Source: an uncultured delta proteobacterium (GTDB taxonomy: Bacteria; Desulfobacterota; BSN033; UBA1163). From it: a stretch of 64,000 bases of DNA. The stretch covers positions 633-64,632 of the forward strand of contig CAWHGS010000045.1 of the NCBI GenBank assembly GCA_963828805.1, read 5' to 3'. The translations under genes were made by a program, and so were the position numbers. Positions 1 through 9,986 of this stretch are shown here, piece by piece (the stretch's first letter is position 1; every line of letters starts with the position of its first letter). Below the pieces are notes generated by a model, which was not told where the DNA came from, did not search any database, and saw only the letters and a list, made by a program, of their open reading frames with translations.

Positions 1-2148
1 CGGGGATGTGATCCAGACCGCGAGCCGGGCCGCCGTGGCGTTCTATTCCACGCCGGGAACCATCACGGCGGCTCTGCGCAGGGCTGCCCGGCACCATCAA
101 CCAACAGTTACATGATCGAAATCGTGCGAGCCCGGGCCAGGGCAACTACGCCATTGGGATCCTTGCGCTTGCTGGCCGTTCGTGAGTCGCAGAATCACCC
201 TGCTCCTGAGCGGGCCGATGCAGGCATTCGTACTGAGCGCCGCGGGGGCCAGGCAGATAGGCGATTCCCTCTCCGGTCGGGGCCTCGGATTGGGCAGCAC
301 GACGCCCTACTTTGCCAAGATCGACCTGCTGGAAGGCGATAGAGTGGTGCTGTGCAGCAATCCGCCGGCAGCATGGGAGGCCCCACTGCGGGATTCAGCG
401 CTGCCGCCTCGCTGATGCAACCCGGCGCAGGCTCATGGCAACTTCGCAGGATATCAGTGCCGTACTGATGCAGGCGACCTGGGGGGAAGGTGCCCTTCAC
501 CCCGTCGCGTCGCCGTGGCCGAAAGTGCCTGGAGACTGGCGCCGAGGCAGGATGCGCAGGTGTGCGGTCGGGGAGCCTCGACCCGGCAGCCTGCCGGTGC
601 AGGCCCGCGGGCAGTAATACCCAGAGGACAGCGACGACGTCCAGACTGCTGGACTGAGGAAAGTGCACGGCTCGCGGTCGAGGATGCCATCTCCTGCCGC
701 GTACGCCATTCCGCCTCAACCTCCGGAAGACTGCTGCCGACGGCCGCTCTGATGAAGATGCGACACGGTGCCGCCGACCATGACCGGAGAAAGGGCTGAG
801 GGAGCTCAGGCCGACCGGAAGTACGTCGCCGGACCCTGTTTCCGCCCGAACGGCACGCAAAAGACGGCGCGCCAGATCCTGGGCGCACTGCGACGTGCGC
901 GTCAGGCCGGACAGCGCTTGAGTAGCGGGACTGCGCAGCTTCCTGCCGCAGCTGCTTCCGTCCTCGGAACCGAATCCATGGTCCATGGCATCCCCTGCGA
1001 TGTTTTTGTTGCCGTGCTTGTGCCGCTTGTGGTGGTCACGATTGCCAGCGCAGTGTACTTTCGCTACGGCCGCAGCGTTCAGTATGAGCAGTATCTTGTC
1101 CAAGTCCAGGACGCGGACGCAGGCATTTCACTCTCGGATCCAGCGGCACGAGCGCGAGGCCTGGCAGCGCGAGCTCTTCTACCTGGATAAGGCCGAGAAT
1201 CAACCAAGTCCTCCGAGACCAGGAACCTGCGGCAGGAAGCGCAGCGGAGCTGGATCAATCTCCTGGGCATCCGCCGCCTGCAGTTCCAGCCAGCCCTCAG
1301 CCGAGGCGTGGGCGCTCAGATCGGCCGCCTGGCTGCCAACGAGAACGACGTGTATGTGCTGGACGCACAGCGGGGAGCGTCATCCACCTGGCCGTTGACA
1401 AACGCCGGCTTTCAGCAGGATGCCGCGTTCAACTGTGGCCCGGATCGTACGGTCCTTACACCGTTGGCCCGCTGGTCGATATCCTGGCACTGCCGACGTT
1501 CAACAGCCTGAATGCCCGGTCATTGGCGTGGATGCCGCCGGGAACCTGCTGTACTGCGCACCCGGGCAGGTGGCACAGGCCGTTCCCCTGGCGCCTCCTG
1601 ATACGAACTGGGGGCGTATCCGGGCGTTCACGCTGGACGGTGGCAACTTGTATGTGCTCGATGCACAGGCGCGGGCGGTCTGGGTGTATGTGGGCGAGGA
1701 CGGCAGCCTTCGTGGACCGGCCGTACTTCTTCTTTGGCGGGCAGATACCTGAACTGGAGGATGCCATCGATCTCGCCGTCAATGCGGACGACCTGTATGT
1801 CCTGCACTCCGATGGGCGGATATCCGACCTGTTCCTACAGCCGGATCGAGAGCGTTCCCACGCGCTGCGTGGATCCCTGCGCCGCTCGTCAATCCGCTCG
1901 AGGCCTACCGTGATCAGGATCTCTTCGCGCAGGCCCACTTCACCCAAATGATGCTCTCCCCGCCCCCGAGTCTCTCGCTGCTGGTGCTGGATGCGGACGG
2001 ACAGGGCGTCTTCCGGTTCTCGCCGCGCTCGCTGGAGTTGCAGGCGCAATTGCGGCCGCTGGCGGGCCGCGCCAATACCATGCCGGCTGGTGAGGTGACG
2101 GCCATGGGCATCAGCCCAAACCACGTGCTGTACTTTGCGCTGCGATGA
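1..2148 (+). pseudogene. Fragmented large hypothetical protein (PP2C-like segment, one TM helix, C-terminal repeat region), 5'-partial
   Basis: The coding signal hops between all three + frames (ORFs 182-415, 768-1190, 985-1398, 1308-1511, 1420-1752, 1523-1951, 1948-2148). The pieces read GPMQAFVLSAAGARQIGDSL..GRGLGLGSTTPYFAKIDLLEGDRVVLCSNPP (PP2C/SpoIIE-like tail), then a hydrophobic helix VFVAVLVPLVVVTIASAVYF, then recurring DVYVLDAQRG / GNLYVLDAQARAVWVY / ADDLYVLHSDGRI / LLVLDADGQGVFRF repeats. I recognise no family name. Confidence 0.3.
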
Positions 2149-2371
2149 TCGTATTTACTTCGCCGTGGATACCCCATAGCGACCGCGGGCCCGTGCGGCC
2201 GTGGCCATCGCAGATCGCATCGCTACTCGACGCCTGGTCACTGGCAAAGGACTAGGCGATGTCATTTAAGGGATCTCTTCAATTCGCTGTTTGGTCGAGG
2301 CACAGGCCGTCGCGAGTCGCCGAGAGCAGCGGCTCGCGCCATCTCGGTCCGGGGATTGCCGGACAGCATCG

Positions 2372-3352
2372 ATGAGCCGGCCCAGATCTGCGAGTCCCAA
2401 GGTGCTGCTGATCATCTGGAATCCAACGATGGACGCCGTCCACAGCGGAAGCGTCTGGCGGAGATGGGTTGGGCCGCGGCCGGACGATCTTGTCGGCCGT
2501 TTCATTGCCGACGTGCTCCAGGCGAGCGGCGGGCTGGTGCGATACCAGATCGCAGAGCGCGATCGAGCTCAACGAATTCCCGCTGCTGGCGGACGGCTTT
2601 CAGTATGCTGCCCAGTCCGTACCGGACGTCATGCGCACGTGGGCAGCCGGCCGCACACGCCGTCCGGGATTCGACTACCTGGCGATGCTCGAACCGCTTC
2701 GATGTCCTTGCGCCGCATCGAGAGCCGGGAGATCGACGAAGTCTGGGTCATGGGCTTTCCGCACGCAGGCCTCTACGAATTCGGTCATGGGCGGCGCGGG
2801 GGCATTCTGGTGCAATGCGCCGCCGCTTGCGCAGACCGCGGCCTGCAAGCGGCGCTTCGTCGATCATGGGCTTCTCGTATCGAGCGCGATCTGGGCGAGA
2901 TGCTTCATTCCTACAATCATCGCTGCGAGGCGATTCTGGCCAAGGTCTTCGACAGCCTCGAATTTCCTGGCCTGGACCTACAAGCCGCAATCGAGTCCCG
3001 GCGACGATCAGGCCGGATCAGTCGCTGAATCTCTTTGAGCGATTCATCCTTTTTGACCAGATCGCCCCTGGACAAGGCAGGCATGGGATCCGTCCACTAC
3101 GCGCCGAACGGAATCCGGGACTATGACCTGGGGAATCCGCAGTCCGGTCGGCTCCGAGCTGCTATGACTGGCTGCAGATTCCCGGACTTCCAGGGTGACG
3201 TGCGGATGATCTCGGCGTCTGAATGGGGTGGCGGCTCGGAGAGAGCCTACCAGCGCTGGTGGCTGCAACCATCTCCCGAAGACGGCCGGCCGCAAGGACG
3301 GAATCCACAACAACTGGTGGCAGTACGTCGCCAATCTGGACAACGTGTCTGA
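2372..3352 (+). pseudogene. Conserved-looking hypothetical protein, reading frame broken across three frames
   Basis: ORFs 2291-3028, 2356-3126, 2469-3038 and 3035-3352 each carry protein-like stretches: KVLLIIWNPTMD, LVGRFIADVLQASGGLVRYQIAER, IELNEFPLLADGFQYAAQSVPDVMRTW, REIDEVWVMGFPHAGLYE, RDLGEMLHSYNHRCEAILAKVFD, NLFERFILFDQIAPG, GSVHYAPNGIRDYDLGNP. Together they chain into one gene ending at TGA 3350-3352. The family is not recognised. Confidence 0.3.
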
Positions 3353-3371
3353 CTGACAGCCGAGCACATGC

Positions 3372-3402
3372 AAAAGAGACGGCGCCAGGGGGCGTCTCTT
3401 GC
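3372..3402. terminator. Hairpin between convergent genes (candidate bidirectional terminator)
   Basis: AAGAGACG (3374-3381) pairs with CGTCTCTT (3393-3400) across an 11-nt G/C-rich loop, with an A-run on one side and T-rich sequence on the other. It lies exactly between the + gene ending at 3352 and the - phosphatase gene. Confidence 0.4.
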
Positions 3403-4216
3403 TTATTCTGCGAATCCGGCCGTCTAGGCCACCCTGCACGACGACCAGCGTGGCGTCGTCCGCGAGGGGGCTGCCCTCAGTGAACTCGGTCAGCGCCTGA
3501 AGGATCTTCTGGATCAGCTGCTCCGGCGCCAGGCCGCTGGTTTGGACGAATGACCTCCGCCAGTCCATCGAGGCCCCACTGGACGCCGACGGCGTTGAAT
3601 GCCTCGGTCACGCCATCGGTGTAGAGCACCAAGCGCATCGCCCGAGCGCAGCTGCACCTGCTTCAGAGTCGGACCGCCGAATCCCTCCATCAGACCGATC
3701 GCCGGTCCGGTGGGGTGCAGCAGGATCTCCTCGCCCGTGGTCGCGCTCGATACAGGTAGCCGGAGTTGTGTCCCGCGCTTCCGTAGGAGAAGCGGCCGCG
3801 TGGCGGGCATCCAGTCTGCCGAAGAACATCGTAACGAAGGTCGTGAAGTTGATATTGTGCGCATACAGGCGATTGATGCGCTCCAGGACTTCCAGCGGGA
3901 ATTCGGCCAGCGGCACCAGCGTGTGGAACGCCGTCTGCAGACTGCTCATCAGCATGCCGGCCGATACGCCGTGTCCGCTGACATCCGCCATGACGATCCC
4001 GTGACTTCCATCGCGAAACTGGACGAAATCAAAGTAGTCGCCGCTGACGATCTGCGCCGGCCGGCTGAAGGCGGCGATGCTCAGGCCGGGGATGTCGGCG
4101 CCTGCTGGGGCAGCAGACCGCGCTGCACGACCTGCGAAAGCTCCAGCTCGGACTCGAGCTGGCGGAGTTCCTCCTCCGTGATAGTGACCGAGGCACACGG
4201 TGGAGGTGTAGTCCAT
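3403..4216 (-). pseudogene. PP2C-family (SpoIIE/RsbU-type) serine phosphatase, frameshifted
   Basis: ORF 3608-4216 contains GLSIAAFSRPAQIVSGDYFDFVQFRDGSHGIVMADVSGHGVSAGMLMSSLQTAFHTL, the classic SpoIIE metal-binding motifs. The gene continues in other frames (3514-3864: HPTGPAIGLMEGF..LKQVQLRSGD; 3044-3568: LTEFTEGSPLADDATLVVVQ). The 3' end is uncertain, with candidate stops at 3403-3405 or 3424-3426. Confidence 0.65.
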
Positions 4217-4583
4217 CCTCAGGAGCTACGTCGTCCACGGCGTCGTGACACACCTCGCAGATGCCGAATGTGCCGTCTCTGGATCTTCTCCAGGGACTGG
4301 TCGATCACGTGCAGGTGCTCGTCCACGCAGGCGTCATCCTCAGCGCAGCATTGGACCTTCTTCTTCTGAGGGGGTGGCCTCGATCCAGTGGGCAAGGTTC
4401 TCCCGGTTTCTGACAGTCCCTTCTGGATGGTGTCAGCTCGTATCGTCTGCCATGCTTGCGCTCTCTTCGGGGTCACAATCACATTCCTACGTCACGTTCC
4501 GCTGCCCACGGCAGCAGAGAACATACGTTCTATTGATAGCACCGGGCCCCAGGATGTGCAAGGGTGCCTGCTCGACGCGATTG

Positions 4584-5350
4584 CTAGGTGCTGAAGATCA
4601 GGAACAGCAGGTCAGGCGCGCCCTCGGCCTTCGCCAGCTCGTCGGCTTCCACGGCGACGTGCGGATGCCCGCCGCGGCCAGGCGGTCCGCGTTCGCGGGA
4701 AACGAGGCGCAGCAGATGACCGTGCCTCCGACGAGCACTGCGTTCGCGGCGTACGGTTCAGATGGGTCGATCTCGATGGATTTTACGCCGCTGAACTCGC
4801 TCGGATCGACCCACGCCGGATTGATGAGCAGCAGCTCCGGCAGCGACCTGCGTCACCGCCGACTTCAGGTGCAGGCATCCGGTGACGGCGACCGGGCTGC
4901 ACGCTCGTAGCCGTGCGGGACCAGCAGCTCCTGCATCTGCTCGAGCGCGTTCGGTCGCTGCGCTGGCGTCAGGCCGACGTAGATACGCCTGCCCACCGTG
5001 CAGGATATCGCCTCCGTCCACGCACGCCGGGGCCTCGATGTGAAGCAGTCGCCGGTAAGGCGCCAGGATCCGCGGGCGATCGATTCCGTCTCGGGGCGTC
5101 GTGAGGCGCGCCGGGCGTGTGGATGACGGCGCATTCGTCCAGGACCAGCGCCGTGTCCTCGACGAAGACGGAGTCGGGCGAGGTCCGGCTCCTCGGGCAG
5201 CGAAAGCACGGCCAGTCCGAGGTGCCTGAGCGCGGCCTCGTACTGGGCATGCTGCCTGCGGGCCCGCTCCACGTCGATGGGCTCGCGCTCAGGAAGGTGA
5301 GCTCGCAGTCAGCGATGGAACGGCTGACCTGACGGGTGATGGCGATCTCG
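4584..5350 (-). pseudogene. Dimethylarginine dimethylaminohydrolase-like (amidinotransferase fold) enzyme, frameshifted
   Basis: Chained fragments resemble DDAH from end to end: AITRQVSRSIADCELTF, RARRQHAQYEAALRHLGLAVLSLPEEPDL, PDSVFVEDTALVLDECAVIHTPGAP, VDGGDILH, VGRRIYVGLTPAQRPNALEQMQELLVPHGYE, VAVTGCLHLKSAVTQV. They are spread over ORFs 4969-5613, 4865-5272 and 4758-5021. The stop is TAG at 4584-4586. The start is not resolved. Confidence 0.6.
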
Positions 5351-5565
5351 GACTGGCAGGCTCGTTGAACCTTGCTGCTACGAACCAGGCTCCTCTTCCA
5401 GATCTGGTACAGGCCCGACCGGCGATTGGCGCCATCGGAGTAGAACGTCTCGGCCACGGCGAACCCGTCGCGGCGGCCAGCTCGGCCAGCTCGGCCTCGC
5501 TGAACTGGTGCACGTAGCGCAAGGCCTCGCCGCCGCGCCTCCAGTCCACCAGGTAGTCGGCAGAA
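5351..5565 (-). pseudogene. 3' fragment of a SAM-dependent methyltransferase-like gene (N-terminus missing)
   Basis: The minus frames read DYLVDWRRGGEALRYVHQFSEAELAELAAA.. and ..GFAVAETFYSDGANRRSGLYQIWKR, which look like a class I methyltransferase C-terminus. The reading frame ends upstream at the compositional break near 5565. Confidence 0.3.
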
Positions 5566-8078
5566 GAATCCGGTTCTCAATTCCGAACAAAAGAAACAAA
5601 ACCGCCGTTGCACCCTGGCTCACCGACAGACGTTCGAGAGGCTGGAATTGACCGTCAACCCTGAGTTGAAGTCGAAAAGCGTCCTGAGGAACGAAGGTTT
5701 CCATCTCGAAGAGCCGGGATTCCTCAGCAGTCAGCCAGTGGATCAGGCGATCCGCCATCTCAGGGTTGAGGCCAAAACGACTCTGGACTTCTTTGCTTCC
5801 TGCCCGGACCGCTTCGGCGAGGGCGATGCCGTCTGTTGCCTCGGGAATGACAAGCCGGTCGATCGCATCCTGAGAGAGGGTGGAATCTTCCAAGAGCAAG
5901 GAGAGCTGTTCTTTATAACTCTCCTTTTGACCGCCCAGCTCTACTCGGAGATCGAGCCGACCCTGGAGAGATTCCGCAAGGGTGTCTGCTCTTTCCCTGC
6001 GTAATCTGTTCTGACGGGATCTGCAGTCTCTGACCTCCTGAAGGAGTCCCTGCCGTTCCTGTCTCAGAGTCTTTAGGCGACCTTCGATCTCCTCGAGTTC
6101 GACAATACGGGAGGTCAAGGAATCTCTTTCTTCGGTTAGTCTTAGAAGTCGATCATGACCCCCCGGTTTTCCTTGTGTGTCCTGTTCAATTTGCCGGCTC
6201 TCTTCCTCCAAAGGTCGAAGCTTCTCCTGGCAACGCCCGTCAAGGCGCGACAGACTGTGGATGGCTTGCTCAAAAAGGGTCCTTTCGTCATCCAGGACCA
6301 CCTTCAGGCTTTCCTGAAGGATGGCGAGGATTGTTGTTCCCTCTTGCTGTATGGGGTGATGCTGACTCTGCGGCCTCTTGGAAGTTCCGATGGGCCGCTT
6401 GCAACGAAGCCAGAAGGGTGAGACGCCATTTGTCATAATCCTCCAGATTACTTCTAACGGTCTGGGTCGCATTCTGCAGGCATTCCCCCACGCTGCGAAG
6501 ATCGGCTAACTCCCTTCGCTTTTCTGCAACCTGCCTTTCGTGGGTCTCAATCTCTTGTTCAATCCTCCTGAGCTGTTGACAATATTCTTCTCGATTCGCC
6601 ACCTTTGCCTGCATCTCCAGGATCGCCCGTGCGTTGGCGGTGAGAGGCTCCATGGCTTTCCCGACAGCCTCCGCGCATCGACGGGCCTCTTCGCCGATCA
6701 GTTCATCCAAGAGGGCAAGTCGAGACTCCTCGTTTCCCAACACGGAGTAGATCTCTCGCTGTCCGAACATAATGGGGCCACCGCTGAGACTGAGAAGCTC
6801 CGAAGGGCTTATTGAAATGGGTTTCTCGGGGCTCACTTGAAAGGCGCAGGGTGGTTCGCCCCACCCGCGGACGATTCGATACTGACGGATCCCCCCTCCT
6901 CGAATGGGTCTATCTACGATGACCTCTACCCTGCCGCCATCCCCCAACGCATGATGAACAAGCTCCGCGCGGTAAGACGGATCCGTGTACGGCGTGATGG
7001 CAAGGGCATACCGGAGGCTTTCGAGAACGGCAGATTTTCCAACTCCCCTGCCTCCGATCATCACATTGAGGTCTTGGTTCCAGGAAATATTCAGATTTCC
7101 GAGGAAGCCCGACCCGGAGATTGCCAGGCTTCGGATCTCTCGGATAGATCGCCGAAGGAACTCCGCCGATGGACAGACGGGTCTCCGGATCACGAAGCGC
7201 CGACCGCAGGGCGTCGATACCTGTTGCGCTCAGCTTGACGTAGGTTGACCGGAGCGTTCCGTCGGTTCGACATTGCGTTCCCATCTCCTCGATTCGCTTC
7301 GGGTTGGAGAATTCAACGAATGCCACCTGGTTCCAGAAATTCGCCGGTAGACCGCCCGTGGAGCGAAGTCTCTCTTTTTCTTCTCCCGGGCAATCTTCGA
7401 CGGCGTCAGGTCGTATCTCCAAGAGGAACCGGGCCGCAGTCTCCGCCGTCAGGCTCTTGAGGCCCTTTGCCTGATCAGGGTGAGGAACGACCAAGAGACA
7501 GTTAAAACGGTTTCGCAGGTCTTTCAGGGCATCGATCAGGCCGATTTTCAGATCAATGTCCCGGTGAACCCCTCGGTTGTCTACCAGGGGACGGATAGGG
7601 TCTTGATCGAGGGATCGAAGAAAGGCGTTTAAGTCACCGAGAGGGGTATCACCGCCAAAGATCGCCAAGAGATGGAGGCCCTCTTTGCCTCCTTTAACGT
7701 CATCTCAGCCCCTGGCAAAAGCGTGATGCCCCGGTTGATGGCCTTTGCGGCAGTCACCTCAAACCATTCGATGTTGACCCCATTGTAGTCTGTTATGGCG
7801 GCGATGGAAATCCCCTGAACTGCAAGCTGTTCGACATAGGCGTCAGTGAGATCTATCCCATCTTTGCGTTTCGTCCCCTCCGGGGAGATAAACGCCGGCA
7901 CGTTGGGACTATAGAGGTGAAGGTCAATACGGTGCCAGGTTGCTCCGCCATTCAAGGTCTGCAAGGGTTCTCTCGGTTCTTCCGGTAGGGTTAAGCTGCT
8001 GTGTTTCACTTTGTTCCTCTGTCCATGAATCGGGCTAACAAAGACCTCTTCTCCATCCCCATGTTTCCACCTCGTCAA
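5566..8078 (-). pseudogene. PHP-domain + SMC/RecF-like ABC ATPase fusion protein (TrlF-like; name from memory), frameshifted and 3'-truncated
   Basis: The N-terminus has a PHP motif, WHRIDLHLYSPNV ... IAAITDYNG (ORF 7629-8078). Then comes Walker A, MIGGRGVGKSAVLESL (ORF 6288-7193), followed by a long coiled-coil-like Glu/Arg/Leu-rich region. Next is an ABC-signature-like LSVSQGATAVLFLL (ORF 5378-6472). The Walker B/D-loop part is absent because the frame runs into the GC-rich block. Confidence 0.6.
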
Positions 8079-8143
8079 GACCCTTTAATTCCTTTGTAAA
8101 ACCATCCGGATGTGCCCAAGGAGATCGATGTAATGAAACGGCT

Positions 8144-8842
8144 TCAAGCAATAACTATCAAAGCCGTCGAGCTTTTTTGAAATTCCTCCAGTTCCTCCTG
8201 GGTAACCCATATGATCGTGGGGATACGGCTTAACGGAAATTCCAGCTTGAGCTGATAAAAACCATCATAGTTATTTACTTTAACGAGCGTCCCGTCCAGA
8301 AAGACAAGATCCGGATTTTCCTTCTGGGCCTCATCGGATCCCTCTTTGATGCTCGAAACAAGGGTCACTTCGTAGCCCACTTCACCCAGTTTTGCGAATT
8401 CCGCCATCTCGGATTCCTTTCCGATGACCAGGATTCGTTTTCGTAATCCCCTGGATTGCAGGGGACGGCCGGCGGGTTCCAAAGCCTTCTTCACCGTATC
8501 GAGCAACATTTCCGGCTTATAAGGTTTTTTAAGATAGTATTGCGCCCCCAGTTTATAGGCCCTGGATACATCCTCCGGCCTATCTTTGGCGGTCAGGAAA
8601 ATAACCGGAACCGACCGGGTTTTGGGCGATCGCTTCAGTCTCGTATAGACGGAATACCCTCCGCCCGTCGGCATGACGATATCCAATATGATCAGGTCCG
8701 GTTTCTGTGCGGAAGCATAGGTCAACCCTTGCCGTCCATCGAAGGCAGCCATCACCTCGTATCCGCTTGCTTCCAGGCGGGCTTTTAACATGACAGCGGC
8801 ATTGGGCATGTCGTCGATTAACAAGATCCTTTTCTTAGCCAT
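8144..8842 (-). CDS. Response regulator: receiver domain plus C-terminal receiver-like (pseudo-receiver) domain, no output domain
   Basis: Intact 232-aa ORF. The REC motifs are KRILLIDDMP, PDLIILDIVMP, PVIFLTAK and YYLKKP. The second half (KRILVIGKESE..PDLVFLDGT..) has the receiver layout but lacks the acidic pair. Confidence 0.8.
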   Translation of the reverse strand: MAKKRILLIDDMPNAAVMLKARLEASGYEVMAAFDGRQGLTYASAQKPDLIILDIVMPTGGGYSVYTRLKRSPKTRSVPVIFLTAKDRPEDVSRAYKLGAQYYLKKPYKPEMLLDTVKKALEPAGRPLQSRGLRKRILVIGKESEMAEFAKLGEVGYEVTLVSSIKEGSDEAQKENPDLVFLDGTLVKVNNYDGFYQLKLEFPLSRIPTIIWVTQEELEEFQKSSTALIVIA

Positions 8843-9044
8843 TTTTTTTGCTGTGCGTCCCTTCCGCCCTCCTTAGTTCAATTTTTTCTTGAACCCAGTC
8901 CCAATCCCCATGGAACAGGATCTTCTCCGGAGGCGGACCCAGACGCCCCCCTCCCCTTCCCCTCTCTTTACGAACCAGAAGCTCTGCCTTACAGGTTGCC
9001 CAGGGCAGAAAGTTCAAGAGACTTTGAAACAGTCGGGGATGTTT

Positions 9045-9986
9045 CTATGCCCCTTTCTTTTCTAAAAGCTCCTTCATCTTCGAGAGCAGCGCTTCGGCTT
9101 GAAACGGCTTATTGACATACGCATCGGCACCCACCTCTTTACTCACCTTTCTGATCTCTTGAGGGGTCCTTCCAGACGATATAATGATTGGAATGTGGTT
9201 ATACTTTGGATCACTCTTAAGGAGTTGGCACACCTTATATCCATTCATTTTAGGGAGCATGATGTCCAAGATAATCAGGCTGGGGTTTTCTTTATGGGCT
9301 TTCTCCAAACCTTCCTGACCGTCGCCTGCGGTGATGACTTCGTAATCATTTGCTTCCAATCTCATCCTGAGCATGTTCACGATCATGGCTTGGTCTTCCA
9401 CGATCAGTATTCTTTTTTTCGGGACGACCTTCTCCTTCCCGGAGACCGCTTCACCCGGCTCAGGGGTTTGGGCCGGGTGTGCTATTTCATTCCAGGACTT
9501 CTCAAATACTTCCTCGACGGATTCGAGCAGCACATCCACGTTCTGTTTTCCTGCTGAAAGCAACTCCTTCTGTTTGGCATTCAGTTTTCCCGGTATTTCA
9601 TCCAGCACCAAGGACAGACCCTCTTTGATCACGGCCAAGGGGGTGCGGATTTCATGGGAGATCATGCCCAGCACTTTGTATTCCAACTTCTCCAGCTCAC
9701 TTTCCAGGAGTTCCTTTCTTGCGCTCTTCAGCTCCTCTTCTTTTGCGGGCAGGGGCGATTCCACGAGGTCATTAAACCGAGAGGGACTGAGAAGCTCCCC
9801 GATCAGCTTATTTAATTCATCCGTGCATTCGAGGGCGGGCCTTAAGAGGGCGAAACAGTTGTCGCACTTTGCTTGTCCAATCCCTTCCAGAATCATGCTC
9901 GTTCCTTCCCGGATGACCACGAGCTGACTGCGCAGGTCATGCCTTACAGACGAAAGATAGGCCTCCATTTTTTCCTGTTCATTCAT
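9045..9986 (-). CDS. Tandem HisKA (DHp) domains + C-terminal receiver; no HATPase_c catalytic domain
   Basis: Intact 313-aa ORF with two H-boxes, LSSVRHDLRSQLVVIREG and GMISHEIRTPLAVIKEG, each followed by a helix-2-like segment. After a linker comes REC (KRILIVEDQ, PSLIILDIMLPKMNG, PIIISSG, YVNKP). No N/G1/F/G2 boxes are present anywhere. The start overlaps the upstream cheR-TPR stop by 8 nt. Confidence 0.8.
   Translation of the reverse strand: MNEQEKMEAYLSSVRHDLRSQLVVIREGTSMILEGIGQAKCDNCFALLRPALECTDELNKLIGELLSPSRFNDLVESPLPAKEEELKSARKELLESELEKLEYKVLGMISHEIRTPLAVIKEGLSLVLDEIPGKLNAKQKELLSAGKQNVDVLLESVEEVFEKSWNEIAHPAQTPEPGEAVSGKEKVVPKKRILIVEDQAMIVNMLRMRLEANDYEVITAGDGQEGLEKAHKENPSLIILDIMLPKMNGYKVCQLLKSDPKYNHIPIIISSGRTPQEIRKVSKEVGADAYVNKPFQAEALLSKMKELLEKKGA

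Noticed and set aside
195-1103. A 302-aa minus-strand ORF, plus many other ORFs of 60-250 aa on all six frames in 1-5500.
   Set aside because: In DNA this G+C-rich, stop codons are rare and every frame stays open. The translations are Arg/Ala/Pro/Gly-rich with no motifs, and they overlap the more protein-like plus-strand fragments.
8835-9017. A 60-aa ORF in the 202-nt spacer between the DHp-REC and REC-REC genes.
   Set aside because: It is Gly/Arg-rich with low complexity, has no RBS, and overlaps the start of the REC-REC gene.
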